Below, piece by piece: positions 38,961 to 50,516 of a stretch of 64,000 nucleotides of DNA. How positions within the stretch are numbered: the first letter of the stretch is position 1; every line of letters starts with the position of its first letter. The position numbers were made by a program, and so were the translations under genes. The stretch comes from Octopus sinensis (Eukaryota). The DNA lies in NCBI RefSeq assembly GCF_006345805.1, contig NC_043002.1, forward strand, positions 77,872,001-77,936,000, written 5' to 3'. The notes beneath the pieces were generated by a model. The model saw only the letters and a list, made by a program, of their open reading frames with translations. It was not told the DNA's origin and did no database searches.

Positions 38961-39438
38961 ATCTATATTGTATGTCCTAATTATCATTACCTTGTCTTGA
39001 TGTATGATGCTATCATACACAAAGTACATTAGGTGTGGAATCTATTGGCAATTTAAAATGATGCACATTACTTATAGGTCATGGCTGTTTGGTGAAAAAT
39101 CTTGGTTTCCAACCATGTGCTCCCGAGTTCAGTCCCACTGCACTGCACCTTGGGCATGTTTTCTACAATACACCAGGGCCCTGTGAGTGTGTTTAGTAGA
39201 CAGAAACTGAAAGAAACCTATTATGTGTGTTTGTCTGTACCCTTGTCTGGCTATGTGGAAATAGGCCATGGAAAATCTACCTCAGCAAATACCATTTGAT
39301 ATATGTGATGAGAATTCCAGTACCATCATTTCTAAACTATTGTGCTATATCAATATTGATTTCTTGTATAGTAAGAAAAGTATTATGAAAGTATTATCAC
39401 AAATAGAGTAAAGAATTCCCAATAAATGTAAAATATAG

Positions 39439-39452
39439 ACACACACACACAC

Positions 39453-39496
<44 letters not shown>
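39439..39496. repeat. (CA)n(TA)n microsatellite
   Basis: Directly visible. Confidence 0.95.
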
Positions 39497-39499
<3 letters not shown>

Positions 39500-39732
39500 G
39501 ATATAGTTAAAATTTGTTCCTGTAACGAAATAGTCAATTTAACTATTATAATATATACTGTATTTATTGGTGTATAATAAATGTGCACCACTAATACTGA
39601 GCTATGAAATCTTGAACATGAAATAACCTCTTCAGTATAATACATGCTTTTTTTTTTTTCTTCAGTAATATGATCAAAAGAAAATAGATGTTTAGTCAGA
39701 TAATTGCTATCTGTTTTGATGATACATATTTT

Positions 39733-40094
39733 GAATGTACTTTAATAGCAAATTCAAAAGTGAACTTTTAGCTTTACCAGTGTAGTCGGTAAAAGTGTAC
39801 CCGTATACAAAAAGTCAACCAGTTTAGAAGGCAGGGTATAATATAAAAGACAAATTGCAGAATGTAAATACTTTCTTTACTAACAACTGAGATGCAGCAC
39901 AGAATTTTGTCAGTGAACAGGTCACGGTCTCAAAGCGATGAAAATATTTCGACTAATTAAATTTAAATGTTAAAGTGAATCTAACGGATTTTGTGTTTCT
40001 TAAATGGCTTATAAACACCTTCCACGCTGCAATTGTTTTCGTCCCAGCACACGATCTCAGATCAGGTCACTTGCTATGCAAGTACATCTCTGTA
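39733..40094 (+). mobile_element. Putative Penelope-like element 3' remnant
   Basis: 39735-39785 reads MYFNSKFKSELLALPV*, similar to the ExYFIxKFKPxLN end of PLE GIY-YIG domains. It is followed by a CpG-retaining UTR containing a minimal hammerhead-like motif. Confidence 0.55.
39905..39956 (+). ncRNA. Candidate minimal type I hammerhead ribozyme variant (G3-C8), probably decayed in this copy
   Basis: ttttgtca-GTGAACA-g-GTCAC-ggtctcaaa-GCGAT-GAAA-ATAT-TT-cgactaa: stem I arm, core box, stem II, GAAA, palindromic stem III (AATATT), UH, stem I arm. Confidence 0.5.
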
Positions 40095-40824
40095 ACTTTT
40101 GTTCTTCCAACGGAAATATATAATAGTTCGTTATAATAATTACAGTATTTCGGGAACAGAGGTACTTATATTTTTTTCAGTTTACATTCACATCTTGATA
40201 ATGACAGTATTTATGTATTATCCTTATTGATTATTTATTAATTTAATCTTCACATTGGGTCAAGTAGTATTGAAAATACTACTTGACTTAATATAGTATT
40301 TTCAATATGAAAGTATTGCATTCCATACTTAAGCCTAGCAGCAGTAATTCCAAGGGGTGCAGATGCCAAATATTTAATATATTATTACGATGATAGAAAA
40401 ATGCAGCCTTGTTATTGTGAGTTTAACTTTTTGTTATATCAGTTAGATTGAACAATAAACATAAGTTAGCTGCAGCCATGCCATCCTTTCTATGGTGAAA
40501 CACTTGACAGGGGAAAGGGGAGATGCTTAATTTTTAAGTATAATGCACACCCCTAATATTTGTATTTAAAAATCTAGAAAGAAAAAGCATTTTGCATGCA
40601 CACAGCATTAATACATCCTCTTCAAGATAGTTTGATTGTTGTAAGTGGATTTTATATATAATGAATTACCTTACTTGGAAACAGGTAAGGGTTAGCAATA
40701 GGGAGGACATCCAGCTGTAGAAAATGTCTCACCAAATTGTGTGTGATCCATACAAGCATGGAAAATGGACAGTAAATGAAAGCATGTGTTTTTGGGTATG
40801 TGTATGTTTAAACTAAACTGACAC

Positions 40825-41148
40825 TTTGTTGGTTACAACAAATGTTTCAGCTAATCTGATCAAAGGAACAACCTGCTCGGGAAATTAACATGCAAGTGAC
40901 TGAGCACTCCACAGACACATATACCCTTAAAATAGTTTTCAGTGAGATTCAGCATGACACAGAATACAAGTTTGGCTCTTTTGAATTACAGGTACAGGTC
41001 TTTTTTTTTTTTTTTTTTGTCAGCTGAGTGGACTGGAGCAGCATGAAATAGTGTCTTGCTGAAGGACACAATGCGCTACCAGAAATCAAGTTCACGGCCT
41101 TGCAGTCATGAGCCAAACACCCTAATGACTAAGTCATGTGCTTTCACA
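40825..41148 (-). mobile_element. Family C SINE, full length
   Basis: Reverse complement of the 32479-32811 copy, e.g. gcaagtgactgagcactccacagacacatatacccttaa versus ttaagggtacacatatctgtggagtgctcagccacttgc. Confidence 0.85.
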
Positions 41149-41251
41149 TACATATCTTTTATCTTTTACTTGGTTCAGCCATTAAACTGCAGCAGGATTT
41201 TTTGAGTCAAATGAATCAACCCCAATATTTACTTTTGTGTGTGTGTGTGTG

Positions 41252-41291
<40 letters not shown>

Positions 41292-41660
41292 GGTGCAGGA
41301 GTGGCTGTGTGGTAAGTAACTTGCTCACCAACCACATGGCTCCGGTTTCGGTCCCACTGCCTGGCACCTTGGGCAAGTGTCCTCTACTATAGCTTTGGGT
41401 CGACCAAAGCCTTGTGAATGGATTTGGTAGATAGAAACTGAAAGAAGCCTGTCATATATATATGTATGTCTGTGTTTGTCCCCCCAACATCGCTTGACAA
41501 CCGATGCCGGTGTGTTTACGTCCCCATAACTTAGCAGTTCGGCATCAGAGACTGATAGAGTAAGTATTAGGCTTACAAAGAATAAGTCCTGGGGTCGTTT
41601 TGCTCGACTAAAGGCAGTGCTCCAGCATGGCCGCTGTCAAATGACTGAAACAAGTAAGAG
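41292..41660 (+). mobile_element. Family A CORE-like SINE, full length and relatively young
   Basis: Head GGTGCAGGAGTGGCTGTGTGGTAAG, core CACCTTGGGCAAGTG, 3' end CAAATGACTGAAACAAGTAAGAG. Many CpGs retained. Flanked by tatacacacag on both sides. Confidence 0.92.
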
Positions 41661-42438
41661 TATACACACAGAATGTGTTTAATCTAACTGGTCAAAAAAT
41701 GTATTTTAATAAATACCTCTGTGTGTCTGCGTGTGGCATATGATCTTAAGTACAAAAAATGTTTTTTTTAACCTGTTGACCACCTGAGATATTTAATCAT
41801 AAATGTACCGCTGCAAGAAAAAATTTACAAGCCCCATACCTAATTGTATACATTTTGGTCTGACTAGTTTGCAGTATATCTCTGAGAGAAAAGCTTTTAT
41901 ATTCGTATAATCATGCTATACAGAAAGTCAGTTAAATGTTGTCCATGAGTGAAAAATAGTATGGAAAAATGTTGATGATGATATATACATATCAATGTTG
42001 GAATGCATTGGAGAAAGCAATATTCTGTGGCTGGATGACCTTACTGTTGCTATACCTTGCTCATTTCTAAATAAGATATTTATTTCCCTGGTCATTTTCA
42101 TCATAAACCATTCAATGGATGGATATGTTTTTACAACACTGCTGCCTAAGTGGACAAAATTGCTTTATGCTAATACACAAACAGTGTCAATACATACTCG
42201 TACACACATACATATATGCATTTTATGTGTATATGATGGATTTCTGTACAATTTCTGTTTATCTATTTCAATCTTAAGGCATTGATCAATCTAATGCTAT
42301 AACGGAATATACTTGCCTGTGGTACCACAGTGAGAACAAACCTGAAACTTCATAGTTGCAAATAAACCTCTTAATCACACAATCGCACACCCATATATGC
42401 ACATATTTCCATGTTTCTATCTTAATAGAATGTATAAG

Positions 42439-42740
42439 ATCATCATCGTTTAACGTCTGTTATCCATGCTGGCATGGGTTGGACGGTTTGACTGGGGATT
42501 GGCAAGACAGGAGGCCACTCCAGGCTGCAATCTGGTCTGGCAATGTTTCTACAGCTGGATGCCCTTCCTAACGCCAACCACTCTGAGAGTGTAGTGGGTG
42601 CTTTTTACATGCCACTGGCACGGGAGCCAGTCAGGCAGCACTGGCATCGGCCACATTCAGATAGTGCTTTTTATGTGGCACTGGCAATGCCCCACGCATG
42701 AATGGTGCTTATTGCATGCCACTAGCACCAGCCACAAATA
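42439..42740 (-). mobile_element. RTE-type 3' tail with internal tandem repeats
   Basis: Starts atcatcatcgtttaacgtc (the (GAT)n tail on minus). Three copies of a gtgcttttta(c/t)(a/g)tgccactggca-like unit at ~42598, ~42664 and ~42705. Confidence 0.8.
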
Positions 42741-44504
42741 CAATTTCCATTTTTGATTGTGATTTGATTTTACTTGACTCAGTAGAAGCACGAGATAATT
42801 GGTACTCTGCATTTGGCAAATTTTTACTATTTCATAATCAGTTATATTAGAAAGTCAATAAAATTTACAGTCTTTTAAGAGAGAATTTTTTAAACACCCC
42901 CCTCCTCATTGCTATTCTCTATTGCTGCCAAAATTCTGTATGATTATAAATATAGTAGTTTGGTCTGTATTTAATCTTGACTTTCTGCCGAAAATCCAAG
43001 ATGAATTGTGCCATTATACAAATTGATTAAAATACCATGAAGAATAAAAGAGAACTGATTTTATCATATGATCAGTTTTGGGAGAGAGGTGGGAATTCAT
43101 CATTGAATTGCTTATATTGTCTTTGGTTATTTAAATCACGTTTTTTTAAATTGAATTTATTTTATTAAAGATCTATTTTGATTTCCAAGCCAACCTGCAC
43201 ATGAAGTAACTAATTTTTAGCTCTGTCTTCTATTTTGGAATTACCATTATAAATAACTGTTGATAAAGAATAAAGGAACCTCATCAGGTTAGAAAGGAAG
43301 CTTTTTTGTAAAGATTGGTAAAAGAGGCAATGGAATGAATTAATAACTAAATATACATTTTACAATTCTTGTTTCTTTTATTTCCAAATTTCTGAAAAGG
43401 CATAATAGTTGAAATGAATTCAGAGTTGTCATCATCATCATGACCATCATTGTTTTAACGCCTACTTTCCTATGCTTGTGTGGGTCAGGCAACATTTGTT
43501 GAGGCAGGTTTCTATGACTGGATAATAATTTTTCCTAGGTTTAGACATGTTTTTAAATTGCAAACAAAGAACATCACTTGTAAGATGGTGATGTTTGTTA
43601 ACAATTAGTATAAGGTGATAGAAACATTCACATACATATACTGAAAAGAAACCTTGTGTGTGTATACACACCATCTTGCAAGCAGTGTCCTTCATTTCTG
43701 GTCTTCCATATAAAAGATGCCTAGTTATAGAGAAATATTAGGTTGAGGAAAAAGTGTGTGCCATGTTAAAATAATGCTTTATTTATATATTTTTGTGGTG
43801 TGTGTGTTCATTCAGTTCATGTCATGTTCAATGGTGACTCACTGTGCACAAACTTTTCCTCAACCTAGTATTACCATACTTGGAAATAGGTGAAGATTGA
43901 CAACAGGAAGAGCATGCAGCTGTGGAAAATTGAACATTAAGATAATGATGTTGATGATACACACACACACACAACCTGGAACTGTAGTGGAAGACACTTG
44001 CCCAGGGTACCACTCAGTGGGACTGAACCTGCAACTATGGAGCTACAAAGCAAGCTTCATAATCACAAAGGCTTGCTTGCATCTATGTCCTTTCTAGAAG
44101 ATAATTCATGTTAAAAACATGCTGCCTTAAATTTAGCATTCTCTCTATTCTTGACCTTCTGAGCTAAGGAATAATCAGGAAACATGAATTCCTTTATTGA
44201 CAATTACTAAATTTACTTATTATTGTTGCTGTTTAGTTCCAAGTTAGTCTGACTGAAAAAGTGTTCAATCAGTGACCACCCCATGTCTTAATATATCTAG
44301 GATTACATTGTTCAATGTGTCCTTTTTGTTACAAGGGTATGATGTGATTTAAAATCTTATAGAGCCTAACATTTTCTGTATACTTTAATCTAAAAGACAG
44401 CAGATGTAAAAACATCTGAAAAGATAAAATAGAGAGAGAAAGGGAGGGAGCATTGGCTAAAATCTGTAATTAGTACTATATAGTAATGAAACAAAATACT
44501 TTGG

Positions 44505-44745
44505 TAGAGGGAAACTGAAAGAAACCCATTGTGTATGTCTTTGTGTCTGTGTTTGTTCCTCACCACCACTTGACAACCAGTGTTGGTTTGTTTACATCCC
44601 TGTAACTTAGTGGTTCGGCAAAAGAAACTGATAAAATAAGTGCCTAGTTTTCAAAAAAATAGGTACTGTGGTCAATTCAATCAACTAAAATTCCTCAAGG
44701 AGTTGCCCCAGCATGACCATGGTCTAATGACTGGAGCAAGTAAAA
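44505..44745 (+). mobile_element. Family A SINE, 3' part
   Basis: GGAAACTGAAAGAAACCC...CCCCAGCATGACCATGGTCTAATGACTGGAGCAAGTAAAA. Confidence 0.8.
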
Positions 44746-45791
44746 AATAGATGAGCTGCTAAGAACGTTTGTTATATATTCAAATCTGTCTATCCAATTT
44801 GAGTCCTTAGTAATTGTGGATTTATAAATAGTGTTCATGAACTGTTGAAGAGGATGAAATCCCAACCCAGGACTGAAACTGGTCCAGCCAGCACCCTCTT
44901 TTTCTGCGTACAAAGACATTGTATATAAAAGCAAGATGTGTGCTTATCCTTATACATACTGCATTACCAAAATCTATAGATGTACTCTGTTGCGCAGTAT
45001 AGCACTGAAACAGAACTCTGATAACACACCAGTAATTTCTAAGAATTTTTACTATGCTTCATCTATACACATGCCTAAAAAGAATATTTTTCTTAATGAA
45101 TTTGGTGTTTATTCAGAAAGATGTTAATTATACAATAGCTTGTATTTATTATCAAAATCAGCTGGCATCATTCAATATTATATAGGCAGAATTATTTAAT
45201 GTAATATAGTTCAATATAGAGACCTGCAAAATTAATTTTTTGTCATTGTTCTTAATAGATTGTCTTGTTATTGGCAAAACGAATTTAAAAAAAACCTGAA
45301 CCATATTCTCTTACATCCAAGCTTCATATCTTCATATTTTGAATTTTTCATGCCTTGATGGTGTCTCTCATCACTCTAGGGGGCCAATATAATAAGTAGC
45401 AATTAAAGTATTGGAGTTTAGCCAGATATAGAACATTGATGTAAGTCATTTGATCTGCTTAGCACTGCAGCTAAATCTCACACAATAAATTGCCTTTTCT
45501 CTTTAAAAAATAAAATCACATGTTTAAGTTCTAAGCATGTCCCAACCTTACAGATGAGAGATGAAAGCAGCCAAAGCACTGGTGAAATAACAGAAGTTTT
45601 ATTCAGACAGACTGACACACCAAACATTTTATATATGCATTATTTTTTATTCTGAAAATGTTTGGTTTAGCCACTAGACAAAGTTGACTGTGGTTACAAT
45701 AACAACTTAAGTAGAATCAATCCACTGTAGCACTCCTTCCATTTACTGAAAAGATGCTTAATGCCATGAACCAATGAGGGAGCCTTTATGC

Positions 45792-46048
45792 CAGTGGTTC
45801 TCAATCATGCTGGAGATTAAATAAAAAAAATATAATTGGCACATTTTGCGTGGAAAGTTAAACTAATCTCTTAAAATTTAGAAGAAAAATATACAGAAAA
45901 ATTGTTGCTTTTCTTGTTCTATTAATCCTATTTTTGTACAAAATTATGAATAACATGTTTATCGGGACACTCAAGCCATTACTATGGATTTTCTAAAATC
46001 TTAAGTGATATTTTTAACAATCCACAGCACACTGTTTAAGAACCACTA
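45792..46048. mobile_element. hAT (Charlie-like) MITE
   Basis: TIRs CAGTGGTTCTCAA / TTAAGAACCACTA. 8-bp TSD ctttatgc (45784-45791) / ctttatgt (46049-46056). Confidence 0.8.
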
Positions 46049-46486
46049 CTTTATGTAGTCATTCATCCTGCTAAAAATAGCATTTGGTTATCCTTGAAAT
46101 CATTCACTGTGTCTTACAGAAATATACAGGCATACCTGTTAATTGGTTCCAAGACATACAACTTAATTCAAAAAACAATATTAACATGAAAATCATTTTA
46201 AAAAATTTATTAGCTTATATCTGTTTTAAGAAATGTTTTGTACATATTTTCACATTTTATTTTATTTTCCATTCCGCTGTTGGTTTTTAGGTGTATTTTT
46301 TTCCGTTATGTTTTTAGATATGTTTGCTAAGACCCACATAAAATCGGATAAATTGACTGAAGTTGGGGTTTATTTTTCATTAATTTCTTTTTAAAAAAAT
46401 TACGTGATGTTAAAAATGACATAACTTAAAACAACATAAATTGAGGTTTGCCATTATATTGGAGAGTGTAGTCTTAGTTACATTGC

Positions 46487-47008
46487 TTATCTTATCCTTT
46501 ACTTATTTCAGTCATTAGATTGAGGCCATGCTAGGGAACTGCCTTGAAGAATTTTAGTCTAACAAATCAACTCTAATACTTTATTTATTTTTTTGTAAAG
46601 TCTGGTACTGATTCTATCAGTCTCTTTTGCCAATCTGCTAAGTTATGGGGGACATAAACATCCCAACACCAATTGTCAAGCAATGAGGGACAAACAAACA
46701 TACACACACACATATATGACTGGCTTCTTTCAGTTTCTTATTTCTTTATTGCCCACAAGGGGCTAAACATAGAGGAGACAAACAAGGACAAAGGGGTTAG
46801 GTCAATTACATCGACCCCAGTACATAACTGGTACTTAATTTATCGAGCCCCAAAAGGATGAAAGGCAAAGTTGACCTCAGCAGAATTTGAACTCAGAACG
46901 TAAAGACAGATGAAATATCGCTAAGCGTTTCGCCCGGTGTACTAACGTTTCTGCCAGCTTGCTGCCTTCTTTCAGTTTCTGTCTAACAAATCCACTCACA
47001 AGGCTTTG
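46487..47008 (-). mobile_element. Family A SINE interrupted by a family B SINE
   Basis: Family A sequence at 46487-46738 resumes at 46966. Confidence 0.85.
46739..46965 (-). mobile_element. Family B SINE, full length, nested
   Basis: 15-bp TSD cttctttcagtttct at 46724-46738 and 46966-46980. Confidence 0.92.
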
Positions 47009-49449
47009 AGATTAATAGCTAAGAAAAACAGTAGAATTGGAAGCACCAAGTGTATAAAATACAATATTTTTGGCAGTATATTTCATTCTGTTCAATTTTA
47101 TTTCAAGGGGGCAGCTGCCGTTCTGTCTAGAAATATTACCTCTAATAGGCTGTGACTCTGTCCAGCATAAGTTTTATATCTTGTCTATTTAATACCATAA
47201 AACCAGAGCTAAAGCACCTACCTACTATCCAACCTCTCATGGTTTAGATGACATTTTACTCTGGCAAAAAAAAATATATATATATATATTGATTATCTAG
47301 ATGTATAGAAGGAAGTTTGGTATGAAACTTGTTAAAAATAACAGAAACAATTGTTTTCTTTGTGTGAGAAATTGAACTTATAAATGTTAGGTGTCACTTC
47401 AGTTGATAAATACCATCTGTTTATTCTCAAGAAATCTGGAAGTACAGTGTAAATGAAAATCTTTGATTTCACAATAATAACTAGAGTATGTCTTCAATTG
47501 ATTTTTGCCTCTACTTCACACACACACTCACATATACATATATATGGTGTATATTATGTATATAAGAGAGAAGACATCGCAATACAGTTTTAAGAGGGCT
47601 GGACAATTTTATCTTCTGTTCTCTCATACATAGGCTCTAACAACAGATGTTTGTTACTTGTAATTGCTCTATAAATTTTGTTGATATTGGAATCTAGTCA
47701 AGGGGTGCCAGAATGAATTTTAAAAAGCATCTAATCTGACTCTATTAATAAAGACCAAACCCACTATTATAATAGTATAACTGAATAATGATGGCTTTTG
47801 ACCTGGCTTATTGCAAATTTTATTGGGACACAGATACATTGAAATAAATTCACACCAGTATCTGAAATCTCCACATCACTCTTGTCTGTTATACATGTGT
47901 TGATCAGAACAATGGCACCAATTTCACTAGTCACAGAGGGCCTGTAAAAGTTAGGGGTTCTGTCCCTTCTAGATTCAACAAATAAAAACAAAAAAGATTT
48001 TTAGTATTTACTTTATCAACATGTGGCAGAAGAAAGGTCCATTTGGATCTGTCAAGGTTTGAACTTGGAGTGGCTAGATATCAAACCTGATTCCTAGGCT
48101 AGGCTAGCTTTCTACCACATGTTGCCACGTGTGCTAGCTAGCTACATCTCAAATTAGGTCTGCTAAATTTAAGTCGTAGACAAAGTTGTTTAGTTATCCT
48201 GCTGTTTCAGACTGGAAAGTCTCCTAGAGGGGTAAACACTGTCTCGATTATTTTTTTCAATTAAGCTAAAGCTTGATAATACACACACACTCACACGCAT
48301 ACATATGCTCTCACACATGAACACACGTATACATGTGTGCACATGCACACACATACGTATAAGCACACTCACTTTGTCGGTGAGTATAATTGTTTATATT
48401 TTCATTTTGCTATTATTGTCTTCGACTATCAACTGACTGAATCTATAAGATGCTTGTTTGTTAGCCAAAGATTCAGCTATTAATATTTTGCTGCTGACAC
48501 TGTGCTATGTCTTGGTGACCCAGGCTTCTTGGTTGTATATAGGTACCAGGATGAGGAATAACTTATCACTATAAACAGTGTAGATGAATTTTTAATTGGT
48601 GCCTAGTGTAAACTCAAACACTATTAAATATAGTGGGGGCAACAGGAAACTGTTGAATCACTGTAGAAAGAAAAGTTTTCAATGATGTCATTGATGTCAG
48701 AAGACCTCCATCCTCTTCCCCCAGCTTTATGAGATATCAGTCTGTGGGATTTTTCTACTGCTAACCACTCAGCCATGAAGTAGGAATGGGACTTAATGCC
48801 AAACAGAGAGAAGTGCCTTAGCCTGAAACAAAGAGGTAGCTTTGATCTCCTAAAAATAGTAGCCAATTCTAATCATAGTCTGTTATCTTTAAAAAATATA
48901 TATCTAGGAGTTGGGGGGAGACACATTAACTATGTATAACCCTAAAAGATGGAATATTATGTCTTTGATCATAGGTATGCTTGATTAAGGTTAACCTAGG
49001 GTTAAACAACTACGTAATGCATGTAATTAGATTCAAATACTCAGCCTCTTAAATTATAAACCTCATAAAATAAATTTTTTTTTTAAATGGTCCTCTGCAT
49101 ATAGTTTTTATACAAATCTATCTTAAATCCTATTATATCTCTCAGCTTTAAGAAATCCTCAGGAGACTGAATCTTGGCCTAAAAATTCTTATGAACCCAC
49201 CAAAAAGAAAATCCCTGTAATCTAGACTGGGGACATTTAATCCAATCTGTTGCCAGTCTGGTTGCATTCTTACACTTTCTGCATCTACCATCATCTTCAA
49301 GGGGACATTTTTTGTGGTTTAATTGCTAGAAATAGTAACCAAATCTCCTTCAACTCACACACCTACTATTTTTTTTTGTAAGAAATAAAAATTGATAATA
49401 TAGTAATAGATGCATTTGAAAAAGAGAGTGATCCTGACTGGATTGTGAT

Positions 49450-49728
49450 TTCAGGTTCAGTCCTACTGCACAGTACCTTGGGCAAGTGTCTTCTACAGTA
49501 GTACTGGGCCAACCAAAGCCTTGTGAGTGGGATTGCAAGCAGTCATCACTGTCATAGTATTGTTCATTTCTAGTTTTCTGTGATAATCTGTTTGACTATG
49601 GGGTAAATATTACTTTGCTTGGAAACCGGTGAGGGTGGCATCCAGCTACAGAAAATGTACCGCAATAAATTCTGTCTAACCCATGCAAACATTAGAAAAG
49701 TGGACATTAAAATGATGATGATGATGAT
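49450..49728 (+). mobile_element. Family A SINE fragment with RTE-type (GAT)n tail
   Basis: Core ACCTTGGGCAAGTGTCTTCTAC and tail GTGGACATTAAAATGATGATGATGAT. Confidence 0.75.
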
Positions 49729-50416
49729 ACATGCATACAAATAGGTCTTGTGCTATATAACCTTGTGAGTAAGTGGGTTGACAGAAACTGAAATAAGACC
49801 ATCAGGCATATGTGTGGTGGAGTACTATAATAGTATAGACCAGACTACCAAATGTTACACACTTCTAATCAAAATGCACTATGTATTGTTTCAGCTTTCA
49901 AATGATGCCACATTGCTAGCTTAGTGGATAGTCCATTCCCACTGAACAGCATGCCAGTCTGTCACAGGGTTGGTGACCCATTTGCAACATAAGAATACAA
50001 TACACCACTGGTCTGGGAACTGAAACCCTATCTCGCAATTGGGAGTGCAACATCCTAGCCAGTTGTGTGTGTGGACTTACATTTTACTTGATTCTCCAAA
50101 AGTTTCTGTGTGCTGTTGTTGTCGGTCCTCTTTTCAAATGACCATCTGCTTGCTTCACATCTTTCAAGTCATGCAGAATCAGAGATCCCTTGCTGAGAAA
50201 AAAAGTAAGGGTTAGCAACAGAAAGGGGATCCAGCAGTAAAACATGTAACCCATGAAAGCATGCAAAAAAAAAAAAAACACTCTTAAACAAACAGTTGAA
50301 TATACACTAATATCAAACAGTGAGAACGAGTGTTCAACAATGTTCTCATCTGGCAGCCTTGATAACTGTTGAGATTGTCTGCATGAAACCGTTGGTAGCC
50401 TTGTTAACCCACAAAT

Positions 50417-50516
50417 AAATATGTTTCTTTATTAGCCACACAGGGCTGCGCACAGACGGGACAAATTACAAGGTAGAGCTTTTCTTTTGGGGATAAAAGG
50501 GGGGTGGGGTTCGATC
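50417..50516 (-). mobile_element. 100-bp 5'-truncated retroposon
   Basis: 11-bp TSD aacccacaaat at 50406-50416 and 50517-50527. The minus-strand end CAGCCCTGTGTGGCTAATAAAGAAAC resembles the family B tail. Confidence 0.75.

Noticed and set aside
42590-42730. Regularly spaced ~23-nt repeats as a CRISPR-like array
   Set aside because: Only three degenerate units inside a retroposon tail in a eukaryotic intron, with no cas genes.
47767-47991. Minus ORF with VPIKFAISQVKS as a Pif1/Helitron helicase motif
   Set aside because: Similarity is too weak and no other helicase motifs are nearby.
48100-48460. CpG-containing stretch with CCACGTG E-box as an internal promoter
   Set aside because: Single short motifs are expected by chance, and there is no supporting exon or other evidence from sequence alone.
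50352-50408. Third hammerhead-like motif CTGTTGA...GAAACCGTT
   Set aside because: The invariant A6 is missing and stems I and II are unconvincing. The region instead shows a 15-bp imperfect direct repeat (ggcagccttgataac / ggtagccttgttaac).
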